Assembly: GCA_965249555.1 (NCBI GenBank)
Contig: OZ252243.1
Coordinates: 1,504,001 to 1,568,000 of the forward strand
DNA: 64,000 nt
From: Nitrosopumilus sp.
GTDB lineage: Archaea > Thermoproteota > Nitrososphaeria > Nitrososphaerales > Nitrosopumilaceae
Direction: 5' to 3'
Shown: positions 20,396-31,445 of the stretch, in pieces
Layout: the number at the start of each line of letters is the position of its first letter
Numbering within the stretch: position 1 is the stretch's first letter
Made by a program: the position numbers and the translations under genes
The notes under the pieces: model-generated
Seen by the model: only the letters and a program-made list of their open reading frames with translations
Database searches by the model: none
Told to the model about the DNA's origin: nothing

Positions 20396-20691
20396 CAGCA
20401 AGCATCATCCGAACACAGAACTGGAATTTTCTTACTTGTCTTTGTGACATTTGATATTAGTTCTGATAATTGATTGTTTGAGATTGTATACATTGCTTTT
20501 TTTCCTTCATCTCTTGATTTGACAATCCCGCATTTCTTCAATGTTTTTAGATGATGTGACACTAGGGGTTGGTCTTTTTTTAATTTCTTAACAAAATCAT
20601 TTACGCAGAGTTCCTTGTTTTTTTGTAACAATTCTAAAATCTCAAATCTTGTTTCATCACAAATACACTTTAAAAGACTAATTCCATTCAT
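20392..20691 (-). CDS. arsR: ArsR/SmtB metalloregulator with C-terminal CC
   Basis: ELCVND...QPLVSHHLKTLK; C-terminal ACC; divergent from arsC. Confidence 0.85.
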   Translation of the reverse strand: MNGISLLKCICDETRFEILELLQKNKELCVNDFVKKLKKDQPLVSHHLKTLKKCGIVKSRDEGKKAMYTISNNQLSELISNVTKTSKKIPVLCSDDACC

Positions 20692-20719
20692 ATCAATTTA
20701 AATTTATATAAACTGATAT
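20690..20719. promoter_or_regulatory. 11-8-11 inverted repeat, candidate ArsR operator over divergent promoters
   Basis: ATATCAATTTA-aatttata-TAAACTGATAT (1 mismatch) filling the arsR/arsC intergenic gap. Confidence 0.65.
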
Positions 20720-20732
20720 TTATATTATTTCT

Positions 20733-21140
20733 GTGGTTGATTCTGCAAATATTCTATTTGTGTGCGTAGAAAATGCTGGACGAAGCCAAATGGCTGAGGC
20801 ATTTTTCAAAAAATATGCACCAAAAAAATTCAATGCCATTAGTGCTGGAACAATTCCTTCATCTCAACTAAATCCATTGGTTGTTAAAGTTATGAAAGAG
20901 ATTGGAATTGATCTTGATGATCAACAACCCAAATTATTGTCGAACAATATGATTGAAAATTCTTTTAAAACTATCAACATGGGATGTATGGATAAAGAAT
21001 CTTGCCCATCATTATTTGTTAATGATGTACTTGATTGGAATATTTTTGATCCAAAAGAAAAAACATTAGATGAGGTGCAAAAAATTCGTGATACAATTAA
21101 AACTAAAGTAATGAATCTTATTAATTCACTTGAGGAATAA
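20733..21140 (+). CDS. arsC: Arsenate reductase (LMW-PTP fold)
   Basis: FVCVENAGRSQMAE P-loop; MGC...CP; DW..FDP. Confidence 0.85.
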   Translation: MVDSANILFVCVENAGRSQMAEAFFKKYAPKKFNAISAGTIPSSQLNPLVVKVMKEIGIDLDDQQPKLLSNNMIENSFKTINMGCMDKESCPSLFVNDVLDWNIFDPKEKTLDEVQKIRDTIKTKVMNLINSLEE

Positions 21141-21143
21141 CTA

Positions 21144-21827
21144 ATGGTATATTCTAACTTACAAATTTTTATTGTAGAGTTGGTTGGAACTTTTCTTCTT
21201 GTAGTTTTTGCTACTGGTTCAATTGTTTATGATGCTAAAGTATTTGATGGGGGTCTAGGAGTTCCGTTTGCAGCTATTGCACCATTCATTGCATTATTAA
21301 TTGGCGTGTATGCTTTTGGAAAAATATCTCTGGCACATTTTAATCCCGCAGTAACTATTGGTTATTACATTACAGGACATATTACAAAAATTCAAGTGCT
21401 ATATTATTTTGTAGCAGAAATAATTGGTGCACTATTAGGTTCTCTATTTGTTCTAAGTTTTGTTGGAGACAATGCAGATCTTGGTGCAAATGCCCCAAAC
21501 TATGATTTTTCAATATTTATCATATTTCCAGTTGAAGTATTAGCTTCTGCAATGCTTATGGGTGTAATATTTTATGTTGTATATACAAAAGGTTTGAAAG
21601 GATTTAGTGGTGTTGCAATTGGTGGAATAGTAGGTTTAGATATTTTATTTCTGGCATTTATTTCTGGAGCGTCAATGAATCCTGCTCGAGCGCTTGCACC
21701 AGCATTACTATCTACTACCTTAGATAATCTGTGGATATATTTGACTGCACCATTTGTTGGAACAATTATAGCAGCATTTCTATTTCGTGGCAAATTCCAA
21801 GCCCAAAGAGCCTCAAATTACGAATAA
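21144..21827 (+). CDS. MIP/aquaporin family channel (possible arsenite efflux)
   Basis: HFNPAVT and SMNPARA NPA motifs. Confidence 0.9.
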   Translation: MVYSNLQIFIVELVGTFLLVVFATGSIVYDAKVFDGGLGVPFAAIAPFIALLIGVYAFGKISLAHFNPAVTIGYYITGHITKIQVLYYFVAEIIGALLGSLFVLSFVGDNADLGANAPNYDFSIFIIFPVEVLASAMLMGVIFYVVYTKGLKGFSGVAIGGIVGLDILFLAFISGASMNPARALAPALLSTTLDNLWIYLTAPFVGTIIAAFLFRGKFQAQRASNYE

Positions 21828-21852
21828 TAATGAGCCATAATACTGCTGAATA

Positions 21853-23130
21853 TTGTCAAACTCCAAGAAACTATTCAATAATGCCAAAAAAGTGATTCCC
21901 TCAGGCGTTAATAGTCCTGTTAGATATTTTGAACCATATCCATTCTTCACAAAAAAAGCCAACGGTGCATACATTTGGGATGAAGACAATAATCGTTACA
22001 TCGATTTCTGCAATGGCTATGGTGCATTACTTTTGGGACATGGAAGAAAAGAAATAATTCAATCTGTTTCAAAGCAATTATCAAAAGGTACTCTTTATTG
22101 TACTCCCACCGAAGCTGAAATAGAACTATCAAAATTAATTATTGGAAATTTTTCATCCATTGACAAAGTACGATTGGTAAATACCGGTGGTGAGGCTACA
22201 ATGACTGCAATCAGATTGGCTCGTGGATTTACAAAAAAGAAAAAAATAATAAAATTTGAAGGATGCTATCATGGTGCACATGACTCTGTTTTAGTAAAAG
22301 CAGGTTCTGGTTCTGCACATAATGGAATTTCAGTTTCTGATGGTGTACTTGATGATGTCTCAAAAAATACTCTAGTTGTTCAGTACAATAACATTGAAGA
22401 TTTCAAAAAAACAATCAGACAAAACAAAGACATTGCAGGAGTTATTGTTGAGCCAATTTTAGCTAACATGGGCTTAATCTTACCTGAAAAGAATTTCCTT
22501 TATGATCTGAGAAAAATTACTAAAGAAAATAATATTCCGTTAATTTTTGATGAAGTAGTTACTGGATTTAGAGTAGCACCTGGTGGTGCCCAAGAACATT
22601 TTGGAATCAAGCCCGACATTACTACACTTGCCAAAGCACTAAGCAATGGATTTACAATATCTGCAGTTGGTGGAAGAAAAGAGATTATGGATTTATTATC
22701 TCCTGGAGGTAAAGTCTATCAAGCAAGTACTTTTGCTGGCAATCCTATCTCTGTTAGTGCTGCAATTAGTTCTATTAAGACAATTAACAAAATCAAAAAC
22801 AAACTTTATTCAAAACTTGAAAGATTCAATCTGTTATTCACTACAGCCCTAGATGATATGGCTACAGATATGGGAATTCCTCATCAAATCAATTTTGCAG
22901 CATCAATGTTTCAGATTTTCTTTACAAACAAGCCTGTTATTGACTATGAGACATCAAAAAATGCAAATGCCAAAAAATTCCAAAAAATGTTTAACACCTT
23001 ACTAAAAAAAGGAATATTCATTGCACCTTCTCAGTTTGAAGTTGTTTTCTTCTCTGATGCTCATACTGAAAATGATCTAAACAAAACACTTGACGCATAT
23101 CATGCTGCATTAAAATCGGTGAAAAATTGA
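21853..23130 (+). CDS. hemL: Glutamate-1-semialdehyde 2,1-aminomutase
   Basis: PSGVNSPVR, KFEGCYHG, FDEVVTGFR, STFAGNP. Confidence 0.95.
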   Translation: MSNSKKLFNNAKKVIPSGVNSPVRYFEPYPFFTKKANGAYIWDEDNNRYIDFCNGYGALLLGHGRKEIIQSVSKQLSKGTLYCTPTEAEIELSKLIIGNFSSIDKVRLVNTGGEATMTAIRLARGFTKKKKIIKFEGCYHGAHDSVLVKAGSGSAHNGISVSDGVLDDVSKNTLVVQYNNIEDFKKTIRQNKDIAGVIVEPILANMGLILPEKNFLYDLRKITKENNIPLIFDEVVTGFRVAPGGAQEHFGIKPDITTLAKALSNGFTISAVGGRKEIMDLLSPGGKVYQASTFAGNPISVSAAISSIKTINKIKNKLYSKLERFNLLFTTALDDMATDMGIPHQINFAASMFQIFFTNKPVIDYETSKNANAKKFQKMFNTLLKKGIFIAPSQFEVVFFSDAHTENDLNKTLDAYHAALKSVKN

Positions 23131-24062
23131 AGTACATAGTAGGTGCACGAGGAAGTCAATTATCTGTAGCCCAGACAAATTGGGTTATTGCAGAACTAAA
23201 AAAAGTAAACTCTGATTCGGAATATGAAATTAAAACCATTACCACAAAAGGTGATACTGATACTAGACCATTATTTACAATAGACCAAAAAGGAATTTTT
23301 GAAAAAGAGATTGATAGAGCAGTTGCACAAAAGGAAGTAGATTTTGCTGTTCATAGTCTCAAAGATGTTCCTTCAGAAATAGATGACAGTCTTACTTTGG
23401 CTTGTATTCCAAAGCGTGAAGTAGTTAATGATATCTTTATTTCCTCAGATGGCTCAACACTTGAGACCATCAAACCAGGAGCAGTAATTGGAACAAGCTC
23501 ACTTCGACGTGCTGTGCAAGTGATTCAAAAGAGATCTGATGTAATAGTTAAACCAATTCGAGGAAATATTGAAACAAGAATTAGAAAAGCATCAGAAGAA
23601 AATTATGATGCAGTAATACTTGCACAAGCTGGAATCACTCGATTAGGAGTTGATGTAAAGTTTACTCCATTGTCAATTGATGATTTTTCTCCATCACCTG
23701 GTCAGGGTGCAATTGCAATAGTTGCAAGAGCAGATGATTCTCAAACGATTTCAATGCTGAAAAAAATTGAAAATGCAAATTCTAGATTAGAGATTGAAGC
23801 AGAACGTGCTTTGTCAGACTTTGTTGATTCTGGATGCCGATTCCCAGTTGGTGCATATGCAAAATCAAATGGTTCTAAAATGACACTAACTGTAATGGCA
23901 TTTTCTGTAGATGGGAAAAAATCCATACAAGTAAGCAAGACTGGGAACAAAAAAGATCCGAAATCTCTTGGTAAAAGTGCTGGAGAGGAGCTACGTGAGA
24001 AAGGCGTAAATGAACTTGCATTAAATTGGAGAGAAAAAGTGGAGGAATGGAATAAGACATGA
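23127..24062 (+). CDS. hemC: Hydroxymethylbilane synthase
   Basis: GARGSQLS, AVHSLKDVP, GTSSLRR, IRGNIETR. Confidence 0.95.
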   Translation: MKYIVGARGSQLSVAQTNWVIAELKKVNSDSEYEIKTITTKGDTDTRPLFTIDQKGIFEKEIDRAVAQKEVDFAVHSLKDVPSEIDDSLTLACIPKREVVNDIFISSDGSTLETIKPGAVIGTSSLRRAVQVIQKRSDVIVKPIRGNIETRIRKASEENYDAVILAQAGITRLGVDVKFTPLSIDDFSPSPGQGAIAIVARADDSQTISMLKKIENANSRLEIEAERALSDFVDSGCRFPVGAYAKSNGSKMTLTVMAFSVDGKKSIQVSKTGNKKDPKSLGKSAGEELREKGVNELALNWREKVEEWNKT

Positions 24063-24799
24063 CCGGTAAAGTGTATCTTGTTGGAGCAGGTCCTGGAGAT
24101 AGTAAATTAATTACATTGCGAGCAGTTGAGTTACTCAAAAAAGCAGATGTTGTCTTGTATGATAGATTGGTAAGCAAAAAAATTATCTCCATGATACCAA
24201 AATCTGCTAAAAAAGTCTATGTTGGACGAGCAGTAGGAGATGACACAACTCATCAAATTACAACTAATGATTTAATGCTACAATATGCAAAGTCTAAAAA
24301 AAATATAGTTAGACTAAAGGGCGGTGATCCAATAATATTTGGCCGCGGTGGAGAAGAAGCAGAATTTCTCAAAGAAAATAAAGTAAAATATGAAATAGTT
24401 CCTGGAATTACTTCTGGAATTGGCTCTGCAACTTATGCTGGAATTCCTCTTACTCACAGAAAACACTCATCATCAGTAGTGTTTGTTACAGGGCATGAAG
24501 ATCCTGAAAAGAAAAAAGAGATTGTAAAATGGACCAAACTTGCAAAATCTGTTGATACTATTGTGATAATGATGGGATTATCAAGAATTGATATTATATG
24601 CAAGCAACTAATATCTGGTGGAATGGCCAAAAATACTCCAGTAGCTGTAATTCAAAATGGAACTACTCCTAAACAAAAAATGATTAAAGGAACAGTAACA
24701 AACATTGCAAAAAAAATCAAAGCAAACAAGATTACTCCTCCAAGTAACATCATTATTGGTAAAGTAGTTGATTTGTCAGACACTATAGGGTGGAAATAA
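24059..24799 (+). CDS. cobA: Uroporphyrinogen-III C-methyltransferase
   Basis: LVGAGPGD, VRLKGGDP..FGRGGEE, VPGITS. Confidence 0.95.
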   Translation: MTGKVYLVGAGPGDSKLITLRAVELLKKADVVLYDRLVSKKIISMIPKSAKKVYVGRAVGDDTTHQITTNDLMLQYAKSKKNIVRLKGGDPIIFGRGGEEAEFLKENKVKYEIVPGITSGIGSATYAGIPLTHRKHSSSVVFVTGHEDPEKKKEIVKWTKLAKSVDTIVIMMGLSRIDIICKQLISGGMAKNTPVAVIQNGTTPKQKMIKGTVTNIAKKIKANKITPPSNIIIGKVVDLSDTIGWK

Positions 24800-25599
24800 T
24801 GCTTGATGGAAAGACTGTTGCAATTACTCGCTCCAAAGATGATGCTACTGAATTTATTGCACTTGCACAACAGAATGGTGTAACACCAATTCCATTACCA
24901 ACTATTGAACTAGTTAGTAAGGGAGAAAAAATTGTTGATGAATTTTTGGAATCAATTAAACAATACAATCCTGATTATTCTGTTTTTATGAGCTCAAAAG
25001 CAGTCAAACTACTATTTGATACTGCAAAACAGGCTGGAAAGTATGACCAATTACAATTAGCAGTTGCAAATACTATTGTAATGTCAGTTGGACCAAAGAC
25101 CACCACTGCACTTGAGGGTGAGGGAATCAAGGTAAATCATCAACCTACTACATTTTCATCAGTTGGTGTTGGTGAGGAATTTACTAGTATTCATGCAGTG
25201 GGAAAAAAGGTAATCATTCCACGTAGTGGTGCATCCACCCCGTTTCTCAAAGAATTGTTAAACAAGATTGGAATTGATGTATTGGAAATTCATTTGTATG
25301 ATGTATGTGCATTTAGAGATACCACACAATGGAATGGATTCAGAGAATTGTTTTCTCAGAATAAAGTTGATGGTGTAGTGTTTACCAGTGCATCATCAGT
25401 TAGAGGATTCTTTGATATAATGTCAAAAGACTATGAAACAGAGACCTTACTTGACAATCTTGCAAAACTATCTGTAGTATCTATTGGACCATTTACTTCA
25501 GATGAATTAAAAAAATTCAAAGTAAAAAATACTGTTGCAGAAGTTCATACTGTTGCAGGTGCATTTGATGCAATGAAAAACACTTTGACTGTTGCATAA
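24799..25599 (+). CDS. hemD: Uroporphyrinogen-III synthase
   Basis: VAITRS, SVGPKT, FTSASSV, SIGPFT; TAATG overlap. Confidence 0.9.
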   Translation: MLDGKTVAITRSKDDATEFIALAQQNGVTPIPLPTIELVSKGEKIVDEFLESIKQYNPDYSVFMSSKAVKLLFDTAKQAGKYDQLQLAVANTIVMSVGPKTTTALEGEGIKVNHQPTTFSSVGVGEEFTSIHAVGKKVIIPRSGASTPFLKELLNKIGIDVLEIHLYDVCAFRDTTQWNGFRELFSQNKVDGVVFTSASSVRGFFDIMSKDYETETLLDNLAKLSVVSIGPFTSDELKKFKVKNTVAEVHTVAGAFDAMKNTLTVA

Positions 25600-25605
25600 T
25601 TTGAA

Positions 25606-26595
25606 TTATCTATACTCTCCACCACAGTCTCCAATTGTCTCAAAGAGATTGTTTGCTTTTGTTGTAACAGAAGATATTGCCAAAAGATCATCTGAATCTA
25701 ATTTTACATCAAATGCATTGAAATTATCTTTGATGTGCTCTGAAATTCCTAACCTTGCACCAATAATTACTCCTGCCACTGCTGGTCTGTCTAGGATGAA
25801 TCTTGTAGCAACATTTGCAATGCTACACTCATGTTTTTTTGAAATGGTATCTAACGTGCCTAGTAATTCTTGGAATAACTCCCATCCTCCCCATTCTTGA
25901 ATCATGTTGTAATATTTTTGAAGGCTTGCAGTATCAAGGTCTGCTCTAGTTGGCTCATCTGCTTTAAGGTATTTTTCAGAGAAAAATCCTCCAAGCAGTG
26001 TTCCATATGATAATATTTTGATTTCATGTTTTTGGCAAAATGGTACCATGAGTTTTTCTGCTCTTTGGTCTAGTATCGAATATTGTACTTGGTTTGTTAT
26101 TGGTGTAAATCCTTTATCAGTCATTATTTTGACTCTTTCTGTATCAAAGTTTGTTAGTCCCACATGTTTGATCTTTTCTTTAAGAGAAAACAAATGCTCA
26201 ATTACATCCATGTAACTAAGATCATTGTAATCCCACCAGTGAAATTGTACTAAATCTAAAGTGTCTGTATTCATTTTTTGCAAAGACTGGTCAATGTAAT
26301 ACTCTACAATGCTTTTTGACATTGGACCGGGATTTGGAACAAATTTTGTTAGTGCTTGAGTGTTTGCTATCTGATCAGAGTTTAATTCTCTTCCAAATTC
26401 TCCAATGAATGATTCTGCTGGTCCGTAAATGTCTGCCAAATCCCATGTAGTAAATCCATTATTGTGATAGTCAATCATTGATTTAATTGCCATTGGTTTG
26501 TCAATCTGCCCATGAGTTCCAGAGACTTGCCACATTCCATTTAAAATTCTGCAGATTTGTAGATTGTCTGCTAGATTGATAGTTTCTAGTTTCAC
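25606..26595 (-). CDS. Aldo/keto reductase
   Basis: GMWQ, DLADIYG, LDLVQFHWW, GLTNF, NQVQYS. Confidence 0.9.
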   Translation of the reverse strand: MKLETINLADNLQICRILNGMWQVSGTHGQIDKPMAIKSMIDYHNNGFTTWDLADIYGPAESFIGEFGRELNSDQIANTQALTKFVPNPGPMSKSIVEYYIDQSLQKMNTDTLDLVQFHWWDYNDLSYMDVIEHLFSLKEKIKHVGLTNFDTERVKIMTDKGFTPITNQVQYSILDQRAEKLMVPFCQKHEIKILSYGTLLGGFFSEKYLKADEPTRADLDTASLQKYYNMIQEWGGWELFQELLGTLDTISKKHECSIANVATRFILDRPAVAGVIIGARLGISEHIKDNFNAFDVKLDSDDLLAISSVTTKANNLFETIGDCGGEYR

Positions 26596-26726
26596 TGTTT
26601 TTGTTTGAATTTACTTTGTTCTAAACCTTGTTGATTTTACTCAAAAACTAGTATTCTGATATTATTAAGTTCATAGTTTTATAAAATAAAAGTTAAACTT
26701 AATACCCAAAATTTGATACATTACAT

Positions 26727-26963
26727 ATGGGAATATCATTCATCCTAGTTAATTGTGATATGGGACATGAACTTGAGACAATTGCAAAACTCAAAGAGTT
26801 ATGTGATAAAGTGCAAGGAACATATGGCATTTTTGATTTTATTTGTAAATTAAGATATGATGATATGGATTCCTTTGAGAAAACCCTACAAAAAATAAGA
26901 CGAATTGAAAAAATCACACATACAAATACAATTCATACCATACCCGAACAATCATCAAGTTGA
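26727..26963 (+). CDS. Stand-alone Lrp/AsnC ligand-binding domain
   Basis: FILVNC..GHE...GTYGIFDFICKL...IRRIEKITHTNT. Confidence 0.8.
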   Translation: MGISFILVNCDMGHELETIAKLKELCDKVQGTYGIFDFICKLRYDDMDSFEKTLQKIRRIEKITHTNTIHTIPEQSSS

Positions 26964-26991
26964 GCTTAAGTTAGATTCAATTTCCTAGAAT

Positions 26992-27019
26992 TTAGCTCAA
27001 GCTATTTAGCTTTGCCTAT
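26992..27019. promoter_or_regulatory. Two tandem TTAGC-N4-[GC]CTAW boxes upstream of the sufB TATA box
   Basis: TTAGCtcaaGCTAT and TTAGCtttgCCTAT, just upstream of TTTATAA at 27033. Confidence 0.5.
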
Positions 27020-27060
27020 TTTTACTCATGTATTTATAATATAACGGAGTTATTTTCCAT

Positions 27061-28461
27061 ATGGCTACTGAAAATCTTGACATGGATTATTCAAAATATG
27101 ATTTTAAAGACTCTACAGAAATGTATGTTCATCTTAGCAAAAAAGGTCTGTCTAAGAATACTGTCACTGAGATCAGTAAACTAAAAGACGAACCACAATG
27201 GATGCTTGATTTTAGACTACGTTCTTTTGAAATTTTTATGCAAAAACCAATGCCAACTTGGGGTGGCGATCTTACTTCTATTGATTTCCAAAATATCTAT
27301 TATTACATGAAAGCAACAGATAAGGTAGAAAAGAACTGGGATGATGTTCCAGAAAAGGTCAAAAATACTTTTGACAAACTTGGAATTCCAGAAGCTGAAA
27401 AGAAATTTTTGGCAGGTGTTGGTGCACAATATGAATCTGAAGTTGTATATCACAGTCTAAGAGAAGACTTGGCAAAACAAGGAGTTTTATTTTTGGATAC
27501 TGATGCAGCTCTAAAAGAACATCCCGAGCTTTTCAAGAAATACTTTGGCAAAATTATTCCTCCAGAGGACAACAAATTTGCAGCACTAAACAGTGCAGTT
27601 TGGAGTGGTGGTTCATTTATCTATATTCCACCTGGTGTCAAAGTCGATATGCCTTTACAAGCATACTTTAGAATTAATGCAGAAAACATTGGTCAGTTTG
27701 AAAGAACACTAATCATTGTAGATGAAGGTGCAGAAGTACATTACATTGAAGGTTGTACTGCTCCTGTTTACTCTTCAGAATCACTTCATTGTGCTGTTGT
27801 AGAACTAATTGCACACAAAGATGCAAAACTAAGATACACAACAATCCAAAACTGGAGTAGCGATGTTTACAATCTTGTAACAAAACGTGCTTATGCATAT
27901 GAAGGTGCAACAGTTGAATGGATTGATGGCAACATTGGAAGTAAATTAACAATGAAGTATCCTGGAATTTATCTAATGGGTGAGCGAGCATATGGTGAGA
28001 CATTATCAATTGCCTTTGCAGGTAAAGGACAACACCAAGATACAGGCGCAAAAATGGTTCACCTTGCACCAAATACAACTTCTAAAATCACATCAAAATC
28101 AGTTAGCAGATTAGATGGGCGTTCTACTTACAGAGGATTACTTAACGTAGCAAAAGGTGCTACAAATGTTAAAGCCACTGTAAGATGTGATGCATTACTA
28201 TTGGATGATACATCAAAGACTGAGACCTATCCGTACATGGAAATCAATCAAGACGATGCAACAATCACTCATGAAGCAACAGTTGGAAAAATTGGTGATG
28301 AACAAATTTTCTATCTTATGAGCAGAGGATTTACAGAAGAAGAATCACTAACACTAATTGTTAATGGATTCATGGAACCATTCACAAAAGAATTACCAAT
28401 GGAATATGCTGTAGAACTAAACAGACTCATTAAACTAGAAATGGATGACTCTGTGGGATAG
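27061..28461 (+). CDS. sufB: Fe-S cluster assembly protein SufB
   Basis: [43 protein letters not shown]. Confidence 0.96.
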   Translation: MATENLDMDYSKYDFKDSTEMYVHLSKKGLSKNTVTEISKLKDEPQWMLDFRLRSFEIFMQKPMPTWGGDLTSIDFQNIYYYMKATDKVEKNWDDVPEKVKNTFDKLGIPEAEKKFLAGVGAQYESEVVYHSLREDLAKQGVLFLDTDAALKEHPELFKKYFGKIIPPEDNKFAALNSAVWSGGSFIYIPPGVKVDMPLQAYFRINAENIGQFERTLIIVDEGAEVHYIEGCTAPVYSSESLHCAVVELIAHKDAKLRYTTIQNWSSDVYNLVTKRAYAYEGATVEWIDGNIGSKLTMKYPGIYLMGERAYGETLSIAFAGKGQHQDTGAKMVHLAPNTTSKITSKSVSRLDGRSTYRGLLNVAKGATNVKATVRCDALLLDDTSKTETYPYMEINQDDATITHEATVGKIGDEQIFYLMSRGFTEEESLTLIVNGFMEPFTKELPMEYAVELNRLIKLEMDDSVG

Positions 28462-28482
28462 ACTCCCAATATTTGATTAACC

Positions 28483-29883
28483 ATGTCCCAAGAAACTCTT
28501 TCAAAACTTAGCACTAGTCATATCCGTGAGATCTCTTCATCAAGAAATGAACCTGATTGGCTAAAAGAATACAGACAAAATTCCTTATCTGTATATGAGA
28601 AATTACCAATTGAAATTTCTCCCTTATACAATAAATACACTGATGCACAAAAAATGGATCCACAACAAGTTTCCTTATCTACATCAACTACTGACACTGT
28701 TCCTAGTTTTCTTCAAAAAAGACTTGGAGAACTAGAAAATGAAACATGTATTATTCAAATTGGAACCAATACATACAGAATCAATATCTCTGATGATCTA
28801 AAATCAAAAGGACTTGTAATCTCTTCTCTTGAAGACGCAATTCAAAACAATTCTGATTTAGTAAAAAAAGCATTAGAAGCATCAAATTCTAATGAAGATA
28901 AATTTACTGCACTAAACAATGCAGCATTTAATACTGGAGTTTTCATTCATATTCCACGAAATCTCCAACTAGAAAAACCAATTCATATCTTATCTTGTTT
29001 ATCTGAAGATGGAATATCTACTATCTCTAGAAATATTATTTTTGCAGATGAGAGCAGCAAGGCAACAATTGTTCAGGAACTATACTCCCCAAAGGCAGAA
29101 AAACAACAAGCATATCTAGAATTACTAAATACAACTCTTGCACCTAATGCACAATTAGATTTCACTACTTTACAGATGATGGATCAAAGCTCAGTTAGTT
29201 TCTGCACAAGAAGAACTGACTTGGCTCAAGATGCAAAGGTTAACTGGTATTCTGGTTTGTTTGGTGCACTATTATCTAGATATAAGATAGAGTATTTTCT
29301 AAACGGACCAGGTTCATCATGTAACGATTCTGAAGTTATCTTTGGAAGCAATGAACAATCATTTGATATTCAAACTAATGTGACTCATGAAGGTAGAGCA
29401 ACTGAAGGTAGAGTTGTAGAAAAATCAATTCTTCGAAACAAATCAAAATCTCTTTTCAAAGGAATGATTAGGATTAAAGAAAATGCAAAAAAATCAAATT
29501 CATTTCTGTCAGGTCGTTCTATTCTACTTGATAAAGATGCAAAGTCTGATTCTATTCCTGGATTAGAGATTCTAACTAATGATGTCAAAGCTACTCACTC
29601 TGCATCTGTCGCCCAAATAGATGAAGAACAACTCTTCTATCTTAACACAAGATGTCTAAGCTATAGTGAAGCTGAAAGAACAATTATTGAAGGATTCCTA
29701 GAACCATTATCAAGAAAAATGTCTTTTCAAGTACGAGCATGGATTGCATATCTGATTGAATCTAAATGGGAAAATAAGGAACTCTCAATTAACACAGATG
29801 AAGAATTAGCAAAGTTTGTAGAAATTGAGGAGACACGCTACAACGAAGACGCCGAAATCGAACAACACTACAAGTATAGGTGA
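28483..29883 (+). CDS. sufD: Fe-S cluster assembly protein SufD
   Basis: PGLEILTNDVKATHSASV, QLFYLNTR. Confidence 0.92.
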   Translation: MSQETLSKLSTSHIREISSSRNEPDWLKEYRQNSLSVYEKLPIEISPLYNKYTDAQKMDPQQVSLSTSTTDTVPSFLQKRLGELENETCIIQIGTNTYRINISDDLKSKGLVISSLEDAIQNNSDLVKKALEASNSNEDKFTALNNAAFNTGVFIHIPRNLQLEKPIHILSCLSEDGISTISRNIIFADESSKATIVQELYSPKAEKQQAYLELLNTTLAPNAQLDFTTLQMMDQSSVSFCTRRTDLAQDAKVNWYSGLFGALLSRYKIEYFLNGPGSSCNDSEVIFGSNEQSFDIQTNVTHEGRATEGRVVEKSILRNKSKSLFKGMIRIKENAKKSNSFLSGRSILLDKDAKSDSIPGLEILTNDVKATHSASVAQIDEEQLFYLNTRCLSYSEAERTIIEGFLEPLSRKMSFQVRAWIAYLIESKWENKELSINTDEELAKFVEIEETRYNEDAEIEQHYKYR

Positions 29884-30197
29884 TTTTTCTGTCTGAATGG
29901 ATAAAAGCTTGTAGTTTGGAGCAGGTAAAAGAAGGTCAGCTTTTTGGATTAACTATTAATGATACAAAAATTCTTCTAGCCAATCTCAAGGGGAAAATAC
30001 ATGCAACTGATCTTACCTGCACTCATGCAAATGCAGATCTTTCTACTGGATTTCTCAGTGAAGAAGGTGTGAGATGCCCATTACATCTTTCTGTTTTTAA
30101 TTTAGAGAATGGAGAACCACAAAATCTTCCTGCAGAAACACCCCTCAAAGTGTACAATGTTAAAATAGATAACAACGAGGTTTACGTAGAGATATAA
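29880..30197 (+). CDS. Rieske [2Fe-2S] ferredoxin
   Basis: CTH...CPLH. Confidence 0.9.
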   Translation: MIFLSEWIKACSLEQVKEGQLFGLTINDTKILLANLKGKIHATDLTCTHANADLSTGFLSEEGVRCPLHLSVFNLENGEPQNLPAETPLKVYNVKIDNNEVYVEI

Positions 30198-30200
30198 AAT

Positions 30201-31445
30201 ATGCAAAGTACACAAACATCTTTTGAAAATTTGAGAAAAGATTTTCCAATTCTAAAGCGAACTGTTAGAGATAACAAGCGCCTTATCTATCTTGACAATG
30301 CATCAACAACCCAAAAACCAAATCAAGTAATTGATTCTATTACTAATTATTACAGAAATTATAATTCAAACATTCACAGAGCAGTATATTCTATAGCTGA
30401 GGAAGCAACTGAAGCATATGAGGCAACCAGAGATAAAATTGCTAATTTTATCAACATAAAAGATCGTCAAGAAATAATCTTTGTTCGTGGAACCACTGAG
30501 GCAATTAATCTTGTTGCATATGCATGGGGCAGACCTCACATCAAAGAAGGTGACATTATTGTTACTACTGAATATGAACATCATAGCAACATTGTACCTT
30601 GGCAACTACTCACACAAGAGAAAGGTGCCAAATTAGAATACATTGGAATGGATGATGATGGAGAATTGATCTTAGATGATCTTGATAAATATCTTGCAAC
30701 AGGTAAAGTCAAACTTGTTACTTTTAGTTTAGTGTCCAATGTTCTTGGAACAATCACTGATGTTCAAAAGATTATTGAAAAATGTAAGGCAGCAGGTGTT
30801 CTAACGCTAATTGATGCTGCTCAAGCAGTACCTCACATGAAAGTCGACATTGAAAAACTCGGATGTGACTTTTTTGCATTTTCTGGGCACAAGATGCTAG
30901 GTCCTACAGGAATTGGTGTTTTGTGGGCTAGAAAATCGGTTTTGGAAACCATGAACCCGTTTCATGGTGGCGGTGATATGATTAGAGAAGTTCACAAGTA
31001 TGAAACAACATGGAATGATTTACCATACAAATTTGAAGCAGGCACTCCAAACATTGCAGATGTTGTAGGATTTGGGGCAGCCATTGATTATCTTACAAAG
31101 ATTGGAATGGATAATGTACGAGAACATGAAGTAGAGTTAACAAAATATGCTATGGAAAAATTATCTCAAGTTAAAGGAATTCATATCTATGGTACAAAAG
31201 ATATTTCAAAACGTGGTGGTGTAATTTCATTTAATTTTGCAGATGTACATCCTCATGATGTTGCACAAATTGTTGACGGAGAAGGTATCGCAGTTCGTTC
31301 TGGTCATCACTGTGCACAAGTCTTGATGGAGAGACTAAATGTTGCTGCAACATCAAGGGCTAGCTTTTACATTTACAATACCACAGAAGACATTGATGCT
31401 CTAGTGAATTCATTAAATAAAGTAGCCAAGGTGTTCAAACTATGA
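30201..31445 (+). CDS. sufS: Cysteine desulfurase SufS
   Basis: YLDNASTTQKP, FSGHKMLGPTG, RSGHHCA. Confidence 0.96.
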   Translation: MQSTQTSFENLRKDFPILKRTVRDNKRLIYLDNASTTQKPNQVIDSITNYYRNYNSNIHRAVYSIAEEATEAYEATRDKIANFINIKDRQEIIFVRGTTEAINLVAYAWGRPHIKEGDIIVTTEYEHHSNIVPWQLLTQEKGAKLEYIGMDDDGELILDDLDKYLATGKVKLVTFSLVSNVLGTITDVQKIIEKCKAAGVLTLIDAAQAVPHMKVDIEKLGCDFFAFSGHKMLGPTGIGVLWARKSVLETMNPFHGGGDMIREVHKYETTWNDLPYKFEAGTPNIADVVGFGAAIDYLTKIGMDNVREHEVELTKYAMEKLSQVKGIHIYGTKDISKRGGVISFNFADVHPHDVAQIVDGEGIAVRSGHHCAQVLMERLNVAATSRASFYIYNTTEDIDALVNSLNKVAKVFKL

